This document shows, piece by piece, positions 36,900 to 49,656 of a stretch of DNA of 64,000 nucleotides (position 1 is its first letter; every line of letters begins with the position of its first letter). Under the pieces are notes generated by a model that saw only the letters and a list, made by a program, of their open reading frames with translations, did not search any database and had not been told where the DNA came from. The DNA comes from Octopus bimaculoides (Eukaryota). A program made the translations under genes and the position numbers. The stretch covers positions 42,176,701-42,240,700 of the forward strand of contig NC_068984.1 of the NCBI RefSeq assembly GCF_001194135.2, read 5' to 3'.

Positions 36900-37588
36900 C
36901 TATTTAAGAGACACATAGATAAGCTTTATTTATATAATGTGAATAAAGAATAAAAATTATTATCGGATTATATTAGTTTATAATAATGTGTTTACTAAGG
37001 TTTAAGGGACTGAAAAAAGAAAGGATGTTAGGAAATAACAAGGATAATCAATACAGGAATCTGATGATTGATTTAAGTAAATTAGATGTTAAGGTGAGAG
37101 ATCAGGAATATATGTTATAAAGGTTCAATTACCAATATAAATATGTGCTAATTGATAGTCCTGGATGACCATAATAGAAGTAAAGTACTATAATTTGATA
37201 ACTTTAATTACTTAATAAAGGCCTATTTTAAAAAAAAATTAAAAGTGCGAGTAGAGCAGTGTACACATGATACCCTAAGGTCTAATCTATTATTGATTAG
37301 ATTAGGATTGTTATCAAATTACAATAAATGATTATCTATGTCACATTTAAAGAAATTTAAAGAAACTTGTCTAAGTAAACGTGAATGTAGAAATTCTTAT
37401 ATTTGTTATAATGTATATGAGCATATCAATAGCGAAGACTTGCAAGTTAATAATAAAGAATTAAGATTGCTCATATTGAAATGAAGTAAGCATTGGTTAC
37501 TAGAGATTTGATTAAGTAAATGATTAAACACAGGCACATACAGAGACACACACACAGACACACACAGATGTGCGCGCGCACACACGTG

Positions 37589-37662
<74 letters not shown>

Positions 37663-38600
37663 TAGTACTAGATAATTAATTAAGAAACTTAGGCGTATTC
37701 GAGATGTACATTATGATATTTCAAATGAATAAAAAATAATTTCGGTTAACAGCTCGGAGTTAAATTTAAATGTTAAATATGATAAAGTAAATATTTAGTT
37801 ATTTATGAAATATAAAATTAAAGAATTTGCGAAAGAGTACACTGTCAGTCGTACAGTTATGCTGAGAGAGTCTGGATACGAGTTGAGCGGTCAATTGACG
37901 CTTCTCATCAGATGATTGCTGTTACTTTTGCGGCCTTCAGCTTGACATCAGCCCTTTTTGTTGTAGCATGTATAGGAGATAGACGACCTGAACAGGTTTC
38001 TCAATAAGCAGAAATGTTGGTTTTATTGGGATTATCACATTATCTATTTAATGATTCGAATTCATGTTATAAGCTATCAAAAATGTTTGAGTTGTGTTTT
38101 TCATAACTCAAAAAAAAAAAAAAAATAGTAGATTGTGGTTCATTCAATTGTCATATCTGATTTTGAATGTGTGTATTTAGGACATTAAGTATTCGTAGTT
38201 GGTAAGTATATGCTATTTGTTTAAAATAATAGGAGGTTAAGTTATGATAATTATGTTCCAGGTGCAAACTATTAGATCTATGCGTTCCTTGGAAACATTA
38301 AATTATATGTTTCTAGGACTGTTTGACACCAACGAAAGTAGTGGTCCTGTCAACAGATGTTGAAATCTCATTGATGTCCGTTAAGTAGTTAAAGAGAGAG
38401 CTCATGGGTTAGTTAATTTTATTCGTTAGTTGATTATATTTCTAAGGTCATATGATTGATTGAATGCTAGTGATTGAGAACTATAATCAAATGATAGCAT
38501 TAAGTTAGACATGACCTTAGCCAACCTTTGGCCGAAATATGTCTAAGTTATCTAAGTTATATACTTGTAGGTGTGGCTGTTTATATGTTTATAAAAGTTA
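36900..38600 (-). mobile_element. Heavily decayed L1/Tx1-like LINE ORF2 (endonuclease to RT)
   Basis: Ordered remnants on minus: VMSN-NAI (GDFNA-like, ~38495), LTDI...TTF, RIDLI (~38280), **EASIDRSTR (W..GDRxT-like, ~37890), SLLICSY (~37430), VIQD...FILVIEPL (~37160-37110); (CA)n inserted at 37530-37660. Confidence 0.5.
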
Positions 38601-39110
38601 ATGTTGGATGTTGATATTTGTTCATGATGTTTATCTGTAGATTATATTAGTATTTAGCAGGTTCTTAAATTACACATCTGATTCTTGAATTGTTGTGAGT
38701 TTACGGCTTATGTCATACTGTTTTGAATTGAACTGGTTTAAGTTATTTAATCTGAAGACAGATTTTAGGTGAGAGGTGTAAAATACCTTGTTAACTAATC
38801 AATATAGGGTAAATACACTGCATAAATATATCGTGTATATATGTATATATACAGACATACATATATATATATGTGTGTGCGTGAGTGTGTGTATGTTTGT
38901 GTATGTGTGTCTGGGCATAAATACATATGTGCTAATAACAAAGTTATCAGCCTGCGAAAAATACTAGCCGTATCTCCCTAAAATTAACATGTTACAGTTG
39001 TATAAAAGGAAGAACACATTTAATTATTTAGTCGTTGATATGGAAAATTACTGTATCTTTGATATGTTCTCTCGATGGGGCGAAACAAGGTTTATGTATG
39101 CATGCATATG

Positions 39111-39144
<34 letters not shown>

Positions 39145-39682
39145 TGTATTTATGTATGAGAGTGTGTGTATTATATATGTATATATATATGTATATATAT
39201 ANNNNNNNNNNNNNNNNNNNNNNNNNNNNNNNNNNNNNNNNNNNNNNNNNNNNNNNNNNNNNNNNNNNNNNNNNNNNNNNNNNNNNNNNNNNNNNNNNNN
39301 NNNNNNNNNNNNNNNNNNNNNNNNNNNNNNNNNNNNNNNNNNNNNNNNNNNNNNNNNNNNNNNNNNNNNNNNNNNNNNNNNNNNNNNNNNNNNNNNNNNN
39401 NNNNNNNNNNNNNNNNNNNNNNNNNNNNNNNNNNNNNNNNNNNNNNNNNNNNNNNNNNNNNNNNNNNNNNNNNNNNNNNNNNNNNNNNNNNNNNNNNNNN
39501 NNNNNNNNNNNNNNNNNNNNNNNNNNNNNNNNNNNNNNNNNNNNNNNNNNNNNNNNNNNNNNNNNNNNNNNNNNNNNNNNNNNNNNNNNNNNNNNNNNNN
39601 NNNNNNNNNNNNNNNNNNNNNNNNNNNNNNNNNNNNNNNNNNNNNNNNNNNNNNNNNNNNNNNNNNNNNNNNNNNNNNNNNN

Positions 39683-39718
<36 letters not shown>

Positions 39719-40974
39719 CATATACATACATATATATTATGCGTATGTGTGGGAGGGAAAACGTACATACATTTATACATAGCAAGAAAGCAAGGGAGAG
39801 AGAGAGAAGGAGAGGGAGAAAGGTAGAAGGAGAGTTAATACATGATGAGTAGGTAGAAATCTAAGTGCGTGTAAGCGTGTACATATGTATGTTCTTGTGT
39901 ACATAAATGTGGAAGGAAGAAAAGAGACAAAAGATAACAAATTAAATAAACACCAAGCAATTGGCAAGTCTCCAGCTGAGAGAACTAGAAACCATTTCCC
40001 AAGACTTAGTTTATTTAATGGCCAGATGGAGCTGCTTCTAATGGAAATACAATCATTAACAAACTTGACTTAACAGCTTTAGTCCTCTGGACCGTCGATA
40101 TATTCAGTGTTTCGTGTGATCTCTTACTAAACTGTTCGGGAAGTTTATATACATACATATAGTTTATATACATACATACACACACACATACATACATACA
40201 TACATACATACATACATAATACATATATACATATCTCTCTCTATATGTAATAGTATATATAAGTATGTGTGATGTGTGTGTATGCATACACATATATATA
40301 AGCATATACATACATAGATATATGTAAATACCTTTATATATATATATATATATNNNNNNNNNNNNNNNNNNNNNNNNNNNNNNNNNNNNNNNNNNNNNNN
40401 NNNNNNNNNNNNNNNNNNNNNNNNNNNNNNNNNNNNNNNNNNNNNNNNNNNNNNNNNNNNNNNNNNNNNNNNNNNNNNNNNNNNNNNNNNNNNNNNNNNN
40501 NNNNNNNNNNNNNNNNNNNNNNNNNNNNNNNNNNNNNNNNNNNNNNNNNNNNNNNNNNNNNNNNNNNNNNNNNNNNNNNNNNNNNNNNNNNNNNNNNNNN
40601 NNNNNNNNNNNNNNNNNNNNNNNNNNNNNNNNNTATATATATTCACATATACATATATTCACATATACACATATACTATATAAACATATATACATACACC
40701 TATATAAACATATATACATATATATATCCATATAAATACATGTATATACATATATGCATATATATATATACAGATAGATTGATGGATACATACATGCATA
40801 CATACATACATGCATACATACATACATGCATACATACATACATACACATACAAACACACACAAATATCTATATATGTATATGTTATTCATAAATTTATGT
40901 GTACATAGAAATGTGTAGACATACATGTTCGCAGACAAATACATTTGTTAATGTGAATGCGCATATAGAAAGAC

Positions 40975-41003
40975 AGATAATAGATAGATAGATAAATAAA
41001 CAA

Positions 41004-41060
<57 letters not shown>

Positions 41061-41104
41061 CAGCTAGGTAAGTAGATAGATAGATAAATAGACAGACAGA
41101 CAGC

Positions 41105-41135
<31 letters not shown>
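40975..41135. repeat. (GATA)n microsatellite
   Basis: Direct reading; part of a microsatellite-saturated block spanning ~38.8-45.3 kb. Confidence 0.97.
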
Positions 41136-41901
41136 CAGTGTGTGTATGTGGGGAAGAGGGATGAAGAGAGAGAGGGGAAGGAAGAGAAAGAAATAGGAAG
41201 TGAGCATTGAAGAAGAGAAAGTTAGAAAGATACCCCCACAAGCCCAATTCGTAAAACTTAAACCTAAGCAGGAACTTCTACACAGCGACACATATACAGA
41301 TCGCACTTCACCACAGGAACATATAAAATACACACACCAAGGCACACGTAGTATCACACATAGACATAGGTTCATATAGACGCAGCACAAGCCCACACAT
41401 AAGCGCATTCATCGCTCAAACACACACAGACTACACGAGCAAAAGAATGTTACAGATTGTGCACACAACATATGCAATCACAGTGACACACAAATGCATA
41501 CATATGTGTGTGTATATATATGTGTGTGTGTGTGTATTTGTATATATATGTATATATATGTATGTAAGTATGCATACATCATTCGGACACACACTTAAAG
41601 TAAAACAGACATATTTACAAACATACAAACATAGACGAACAACATTTGCACGCAGACTCACAAACATAACACATCACAGAGCAAATACATGCACATAAAC
41701 ATACTACGTCACAGGTTCGCACATAAATATACATTACCGTTTGTAAATATGTGTTGTTTCATGTATGGGAATATATGCCCTATGCTTTTGTCTCTAAAAG
41801 CTTATATAATCAATTATAAATGTTTTGCAAAATTTTAAAAAGGACGGGTGTATGTATGTATGTATGCACATACATACATACATACACACACATACACAGA
41901 C

Positions 41902-41967
<66 letters not shown>

Positions 41968-42336
41968 TAAATATATATATATATCACATATATATATATG
42001 TTGGTATGTATATGCTGAATGTATGTATTATAGAGCGTGGTGTGTTTGTGTGCGTGTGTGTGTGCATGTCATGTGTGTCTGCGTGCAGCAATGTCTCGCC
42101 GTGTGTGCGAATGAATTCTTCCCTAATACTCCCTCACTCTCATTCTGTTTGCCTATCTATTGACCGATCGATCGATCGATCGATCGATCAATCAATCCAT
42201 CGATTGATCTCTGTGTTTCTCCTATTGTTGGGCTATCTATGCATCTATCTGTGTCTGGATGTATCTCTCTCTGTCATCTGTCTGTTTCTCTCTCTCTCTT
42301 ATTCTCTGTCTCTCTCTCTGTCTCTCTCTCTGTCTC

Positions 42337-42389
<53 letters not shown>

Positions 42390-43409
42390 CTATATCTATA
42401 TCTACCTACATATGTGTGTACATAGATGCATATTTGTATACCTGTATATATATATATATATATNNNNNNNNNNNNNNNNNNNNNNNNNNNNNNNNNNNNN
42501 NNNNNNNNNNNNNNNNNNNNNNNNNNNNNNNNNNNNNNNNNNNNNNNNNNNNNNNNNNNNNNNNNNNNNNNNNNNNNNNNNNNNNNNNNNNNNNNNNNNN
42601 NNNNNNNNNNNNNNNNNNNNNNNNNNNNNNNNNNNNNNNNNNNNNNNNNNNNNNNNNNNNNNNNNNNNNNNNNNNNNNNNNNNNNNNNNNNNNNNNNNNN
42701 NNNNNNNNNNNNNNNNNNNNNNNNNNNNNNNNNNNNNNNNNNNNNNNNNNNTATATATATATATTGAGACATGCGCGCGTGTACGCACAGACACGCACCC
42801 CACAAACACACATCGTTGTTTCATTTTCGCTGTCTGGCTGTTTAATTGCTGTAGTTCTGCTTTAGAAATTTCCTCCCTTTTTTTTTTTAATGACTCTATC
42901 AGCTTTCGCTAAGGTTAGAACAAGTGCATTATCATAATTGTTATTTCCCTGATACTTATTACTTTTGTCTTCGTTTGATTGGGAGTTATTATTATTAATA
43001 CTTTTATTCTTATTATTACATCCTGGGTTTGTAGTTGTTGTTTCTTATCATCCGCCCCTTATCATCTTCGCCTACTGTTCCAACTTTCTTTCTGCTTCAA
43101 TAGATCTTGATTTAGTGTTTTATTTGTAGCTGTTGCTTTCATTGTTCTTCATTGTTACAAATAACCAAGGTATAGCTTGGGTGGTATTCTCACAATCTAA
43201 ATATGGATAATGACCGATTGTTAGATGCTTCTGATCGAGATAAAGTGCGCTTTTTGTCCTGCTCAACAATGGAACAAATGACCGGTGAAATATGGACTTC
43301 GATACCTGTGAATTATGCACTTCGAACATGTAACCGCGGAACTAGATAGAGAAATATTCTTCTGCTGTTTCTCGTTTCTGTATGTAGATGTATATCTATC
43401 AAACTATAT

Positions 43410-43690
43410 CAGTGGTTCTCAACCATTTTTGTTTTATCTATGAATCCCTTTAATTACTAAATTACTCTGGTGGACCCCTATAGACATTCGATGTTTAAAA
43501 ACTAATTTTATTAGATACTTCTTTCAAAATTCCCATTGTTTTTCATGCGTTTACTTGCGCAGATTTGCTATAGCACTCTCTTGCGGGAACATATTTCAGT
43601 AGCCAGAATCATGTTGAAACTTAACTGTTTCTTGTAATAAATACATCTAAAACAAAATTTTTTTGTAGACCCTTAAAATACTACTGTAGA
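43410..43690. mobile_element. hAT (Charlie-like) element left end, truncated
   Basis: Starts CAGTGGTTCTCAACC, a typical Charlie-type terminus; no matching right TIR found. Confidence 0.6.
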
Positions 43691-44057
43691 TTCCCAATTT
43701 ACTATTTTGCTTACGTCAACCCCGAAAGACAACTCCATCTCTGCTCCGCAGACACACTTTCTTCTCGCTCTACTTTTCCTATCAATACTAACCTGGCTGT
43801 CGTTTCTTTTGGAGCTCCATGGTCTCGTACCACCTGCATTCATGCATTCTTGATTCATGCATCTCTTGCCCGTCTCATCATCCATAACGTGTTCACCTTC
43901 CAGTTTCAGTTCTACGTCTAGTTCTTCTTTCTCTGAATATTGAGTCCTCTGGAACCCTCCCTCACCTATGTTCACGTTTTTCCAGCAAATGTCCGCTTGC
44001 AACAGTTTAAACGGAATGTAAAAGGCATAGATGTATAGCTACAGCTCTCGATTTATA

Positions 44058-44222
44058 TATATGTGGTGGATGAGACGTGTATTAGTGTCTGTGTTTCTGT
44101 CTGTACATGTGTGTAATCCATATCTGTTTTGGTATTATACATACATACATATATATATAGATAACACACATGCACACACAGAAACACAGACACTTATACT
44201 CGTCTCATCCACCACACATATA
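44058..44222. repeat. Hairpin with ~55-bp inverted arms
   Basis: tatatgtggtggatgagacgtgtattagtgtctgtgtttctgtctgtacatgtgt vs reverse complement of 44166-44222. Confidence 0.8.
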
Positions 44223-44249
44223 TACATATATATTGTGCGTACGTGTGGT

Positions 44250-44294
<45 letters not shown>

Positions 44295-44848
44295 CTGTTC
44301 ATACATGTGTGTGTGATTGTTGGAAGAGGCGGGTGAGGCGCGGTAGGGTGGAGCTAGCTATAATTGCTTTGATCTAATCTGTTCTTCCGTTTTTATTAGG
44401 GTATGATTTGAGGGGAATTTGAAAACTATTTCCAATAGGTCAAAGAAACTCGAACTGCCTCCCTTGTTGACAAGAGCGGCAAAGCTTCTTGTAGGTTATT
44501 TTATTAGTAGATGATGATGATTATGGTGATGTCGATGATGTTGAAAATGATGTTTAGTCTCATTGAACAGACCTATGATCAAATGAGTTCCAGCCATATT
44601 CGTCTCGTCTATTTGTATGTCATTGTCAAATGTATGGCTTTTTATTTAAGCCGGTTGAACGTCATTGATAGAGATTGGTGCAGGTGGTGATGTTGATAGC
44701 ATGTAGTAATGGTGGTAGAAGGGGCGGTGGTATTGGTGGAGATGAAATAAGTTTCATGTCGAGTGTTCCGTGTTAATTTTTGCATACGTGGCAGTCATGT
44801 GACGAATGCAAAAGGGACACTGCAATGACGGTGGTGGTGTGGAAAGAG

Positions 44849-44920
<72 letters not shown>

Positions 44921-45342
44921 TATGTCGAGATGGAGGTGTTGGTAGTTGGGTGCGTATATAAGTGCCAGTGGTGTTATGGTGGTAGTTGAGTAGAGAGTAT
45001 AGGATGGCGGTGGGAGAGAAATCAAATAATGAGATAATCAGAACATGGCACCTTCACTTTGCTATGACGGAACCAACCCCGCTTTTTGACCTTGTTTTCA
45101 TAAGTAGAGGAATAATAATAAAAATTACACACACACACACACACACACACATACACACATATATATATATGAACATACATGTATGAATGTGTGTGTATAT
45201 ATATATATATATATACATACATGCATACATACATACCTTCATTAATACAAAATGTAAGTGGGCGAGCTTGCATAATTATGCACGAATAAGTATGGAGAAC
45301 TATAGAGTCGGACTGTAACTATGCCTGACACCTGATTTCAAA

Positions 45343-45905
45343 TACTAGATTGAGTCAAAAGTTTTTTCGTATTTCAAGCTTTAATAGTTTAATCGAATTA
45401 TCTGCGAAAAGCGTTTATTCATCAAAATATATCCTATCATATTCTATTGTCTGTTGCCTTCGTTGTACCAGAAACGCAATTCCATGCGTATACCATTTGG
45501 CTGGTTTAGAGACAAAAAACACCTTGAATTCGTTTTCAACTTCATCCATATTGTTTTGAACCTCCGTTCGTGCAGAAAACTAACTATGGCACCGGAAAGG
45601 TGGTAATCAGATGGTGCAAAGTCTGGGCTGTCGGCAGGAAGAAGCAGCATTTCCAACCCCTCAAATTACTCAAGTTTGTTCTTCGTGACGTCGGCGATGT
45701 GTGTTGGGTGCGCGCTTCATCGATTATTCAACACCAGGTAGTAGGATTTCAAAGCATCATAGACTCGCAGCAGTTGTTGAGCATCAAGGTGAGCGTTCAC
45801 AGTATGACCATCTGGGACAAACTTAAAGTGCAACAACCTCTCAAAATCCCACCAAACACACAACATAACCTTCTGTTTAACAACAGATTCTGAAACCTGG
45901 CCGGA
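45343..45905 (-). mobile_element. Mariner transposon 3' half, different subfamily
   Basis: EMLLLPADSPDFAPSDYHL motif; TA-TIR-like start tactagattgagtcaaaag. Confidence 0.88.
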
Positions 45906-46109
45906 ACGAAGCTGCTGATTTCTCTTAGGATTACGAAAATAGAAATAGATTCTGTGTCTGTGCGCGCGCGCGCGTACTCATATTTTTGCCTATATACATT
46001 GCATGTAACACATTAGTTACTATTGATATCAGTTAAAAGCTTTTTCGGATTTTCATAGATGATTTTTGCGACATACATCTCCATGTTATATCATTAATTT
46101 GATACAACC

Positions 46110-46330
46110 TATTGTCCATTCATTTTGAATTGTTTATTCCTAAATTTTGTATTCAACATATTCGTACATGAATTGTTTACTCTTGGGAATCCACTGACAA
46201 AAGTACTAAATCTCCCTTTTCCAAAGAACTTTAGATACAATATTGCATTAAACGGATATTCTGTCCCTTGAATAATTGTATGTTTGAAGTTGGAATGTCG
46301 TGATTTAATTTCCGTATTGGGCACTCTGGA
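46110..46330 (-). mobile_element. Possible decayed PLE GIY-YIG fragment
   Basis: FKGQNIRLMQYCI*SS...TIHVRIC*IQNLG..MDN weakly resembles the PLE NxxYCIxC...RxxxH pattern. Confidence 0.3.
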
Positions 46331-47084
46331 AATTTCGAATTCCAGAATCTTATACTTCGAAAAGATGAATATTGAATTTTAATATAATGGTCTTTGACTA
46401 GGTGGATCTACACTTTACCTTTTGCGTTTGTGATGGATATCAAAGATTATGCATCACGAACTTCGTATCTGACACCTGACATAATTTATTATATTATCAT
46501 TGATTATATATCAAATTGTCTTGCGTTGTATTACATAAGTGATGTTGCAGATTTGCAATACCTGAGCTGTTAAATCTGCACCAAGTAGCGCTAAGGTACT
46601 GTATATATAAATTCTTAGTGACATCATTGTCCCTCCGAAATGAACGCTTCAAACCAAAGTATTTTCTGGGATAGCGATAAAACTACTGTGTTGCAGTACA
46701 TCGAAATGAATATCAAATACTGCATATCACACACTGTATAATGTGTTTCTGGTATTGCATTTAGATGTAATATTTATATTTTTGTTTCTTGAATTTTGAT
46801 ATTTTTGATATCTTTAATACTTTAATTTCACATTTGATACTGATATAACCCTAGAAATCGTAGTGAACCTCACCATGTTCCTTTATCTTGTATCATCACA
46901 TTTCACTATCTTAGTAGTTATATACCCTTCTAACTTCACTACTTCTTTGAGTCCTTGAGTTGTACTATTGCTTACACGTTGTATTGAAAATAACGTTTAG
47001 GCAAAGATGTTTTATAAAAAACTACTTCACCGTTTTGTATATGTCTAAGTCTCTTGGCTTTTGGTGATAGGTCGGACTATTGTC

Positions 47085-47121
47085 GTGCTGATGGAGGCTG
47101 TTGAGTCTGAAACGTGTTCAC
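47085..47121 (+). ncRNA. Minimal type I hammerhead-like motif with A9->G change
   Basis: GTG-CTGATGG-AGGCT-GTTG-AGTCT-GAAAC-GT-GTT-CAC. Confidence 0.5.
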
Positions 47122-47330
47122 AAGTGGCCTCTTGTATCTAGAAAATAAGTATTCCTTCCCCTAATGGCATGACATGTCAGTTTTGGAGAATCTTTCTACC
47201 TTGAGATTATGTTCTCTTGTTAGTCATAATTTCCATTTGATAATTATGATACCACCTCCGGAGGGGGAGATAATTTGATAAATCAAACATTTTTTTGTAT
47301 AGTATTTGACATATCGGTTCTTACTAAGTA

Positions 47331-48382
47331 TATATCACGTCACCCTATAAGTTCTGTCCGATTTTACCTTATCTAAAATTGAATGAAATTTAATAGTATT
47401 CTAGAATGTCTAATGGAATTAAAAATCAATTTTATGTATTTGTGTACATTTAAACTAATTAAATATTATTTTACAGAATAATAAAATTAAAATTTCTTTG
47501 ATTAAAACCCTTTCTAACATGGAAGTATCCAAAGATCATTTGAGGCACATAATGTTTTATGAGTACAAAAAAGAAAACTCTGCAGCCGAAACGACTCGAA
47601 ACATACACTCAGTTTATGGGAAAAAATTCTTCAATTAAGGAACTTGCAGAAGACGGTTTGCAAAATTCAGAAGTAGAGATTTCAGACTTGAAGATGAAGA
47701 TCGAACAGGACGTCCAATTGAGTGTCTGTGTTTCTGTCTGTGCATGTGTTATCCATATCCTTGAGGCATTACTTGAAGAAAATACTGCATTTATCAGTTG
47801 ACGAGTTAGCAATAAAGCTTCGTTCAAACCATACAACTGTTCATCGTGATCTTCAAAAACTTGGAAAGGTTCCTAAACTTGGAAAATGAGTGCCTCATGA
47901 ATTGTCCGAAAGCAACCGCAAATCCCCAGTTGACATCTGCTCTTCTCTCCATTCTCGCAAACTTATTTCACCCTTTTTGGATAGATTTGTGATGGGTGAC
48001 GAAAAATGGATCTTCTATCGAAATGTTAAACGGCGTAAACAGTGGCTTGGTAGAAGGGAAAAAGCTCAACCACAACCGAGAAGGGAACTTCATGGGAAAA
48101 GATTCTTTTCTCTATCTGGTGGGATTGCAAAGGTGTAATTCACTTTGAATTGTTACCACCTAATGCAACAATCAATGTTCAAGTCTACAGTAGGCAGTTA
48201 GAGCGTTTGAGCCAAGCTTTGAAGAAAAAAGACCCGCTTGAGTGAATCGAAAAGGAGTGATAATTCATCAGGACAATGCGCGACCCCACACTGCAAAGAT
48301 CACATCATAGAAGATCGAAGAGCTTGGTTGGGAAAAAATTCCTCATCCACCTTATTCTCCCGACCTTGCTCCTTCAGACTAT
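47331..48382 (+). mobile_element. Mariner transposon (5' TIR to YSPDLAPSDY, then gap), defective
   Basis: TIR TATATCACGTCACCCTATAAGTTCTGTCCG; ATG 47519 MEVSKDHLRHIMFYEYKK; GK*VPHEL; FVMGDEKWIFY; HQDNARPHTAKITS*KI; HPPYSPDLAPSDY. Confidence 0.95.
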
Positions 48383-48586
48383 NNNNNNNNNNNNNNNNNN
48401 NNNNNNNNNNNNNNNNNNNNNNNNNNNNNNNNNNNNNNNNNNNNNNNNNNNNNNNNNNNNNNNNNNNNNNNNNNNNNNNNNNNNNNNNNNNNNNNNNNNN
48501 NNNNNNNNNNNNNNNNNNNNNNNNNNNNNNNNNNNNNNNNNNNNNNNNNNNNNNNNNNNNNNNNNNNNNNNNNNNNNNNNNNNNNN

Positions 48587-48639
<53 letters not shown>

Positions 48640-49141
48640 TATAAGTATATGTGTTTGAGTAGAGCGATGAAGAGTATGAGGTAAAGGAGTTAGACAGATA
48701 AATCAAATGACGAAAAAGGTAAGAAATGGGAAAGGAAAAAATATGAATCAATGTGTTCGTACATTAAAAATATATACAGTTGTCTACTCTGGTTTTTGCG
48801 TAACCGCTTTTCACGGCAAGATTTCCATTTTAAAATTTAACTATAGTCAAGTATTTTGTTTCTTTTATTGATAATTGGAGCCTTCGGGTTGTGCTTGTTG
48901 AACGGAATCAACATAGCTTTTCACATTGTTGCTTTTCTTTAAAAATAGTTTTTTAAGTAAGTGGTTTCTTTTTAAATTGTTCCTCATCGTTTCCCCGCAT
49001 CTTTTTATTGATACCATCTCTTCGTTTTCACATTCTTTCTCGATAATTTGCAAGCCTAATCTAGGAAATACCCATTTTGTTTTTATTTGAAGTTTCAGTT
49101 TTCATTTCCTCATCAATTCTTTTATATTTCTCTTCACTTAC

Positions 49142-49260
49142 GACTGCTCTCAGTTTCATAAATCCCATTTCGTTTCTCATTTTGTCAAGGGACAATTTTT
49201 GTTGTAGATGTTTTTTTAGTTGTTCTGCTACTTTAGTTGTAATTTTCTTGGTAAGTTTAA
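49142..49260 (-). CDS. Candidate exon (KLTKKITTKVAEQLKKHLQQKLSLDKMRNEMGFMKLRAV), host gene unknown
   Basis: Minus strand TACTAAC 22 nt before an AG acceptor, open frame, donor GTC|GTAAGT at 49141; X-box-like motif ~390 bp upstream. Confidence 0.25.
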
Positions 49261-49643
49261 CTGGTTTTGAGGTTAATGAACGTTAGTAAATTTCCTCTTT
49301 GTTTCGATTACTCAGCATATAAAAAACGTGAGTTTGCTTTTTAAGGAAATTGCTACTAATAGAAATAATATTCTTTTTTAAAAACCCAAACCCAGAAATA
49401 TAGGGACATGAGATGGAACCTGGTTATGAGAAACATTATCACCTATACAAATAGGTATACTCAGTAAGAACTAAAAATTTCATCAAACCTTCAAAAGTCT
49501 GAAAGATAACTTCTGTAGAAAGCGATGAAGTAAAAAGGAATAACACTCCAAAAAGAGGAAGAAATTTGGCCGTTAAAGAATTATAGAAATATATTACAAA
49601 TATTTCAATATGAGCTACAGGAAGTAAACAAACAAAATTCATC

Positions 49644-49656
49644 GTTACCAGGCAAC
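49644..49656. promoter_or_regulatory. RFX X-box-like motif (13-bp form)
   Basis: GTTACCAGGCAAC, both half-sites match consensus. Confidence 0.4.

Noticed and set aside
36200-37530. Possible nuclear mitochondrial insertion (AT-rich, strand-skewed)
   Set aside because: No recognisable mitochondrial protein, rRNA or tRNA motif; LINE ORF2 remnants explain it better.
37875-37915. Minus-strand CTGATGA plus palindromic hairpin as a hammerhead
   Set aside because: GAAA core missing, no stem I, and it lies within the L1-like remnant.
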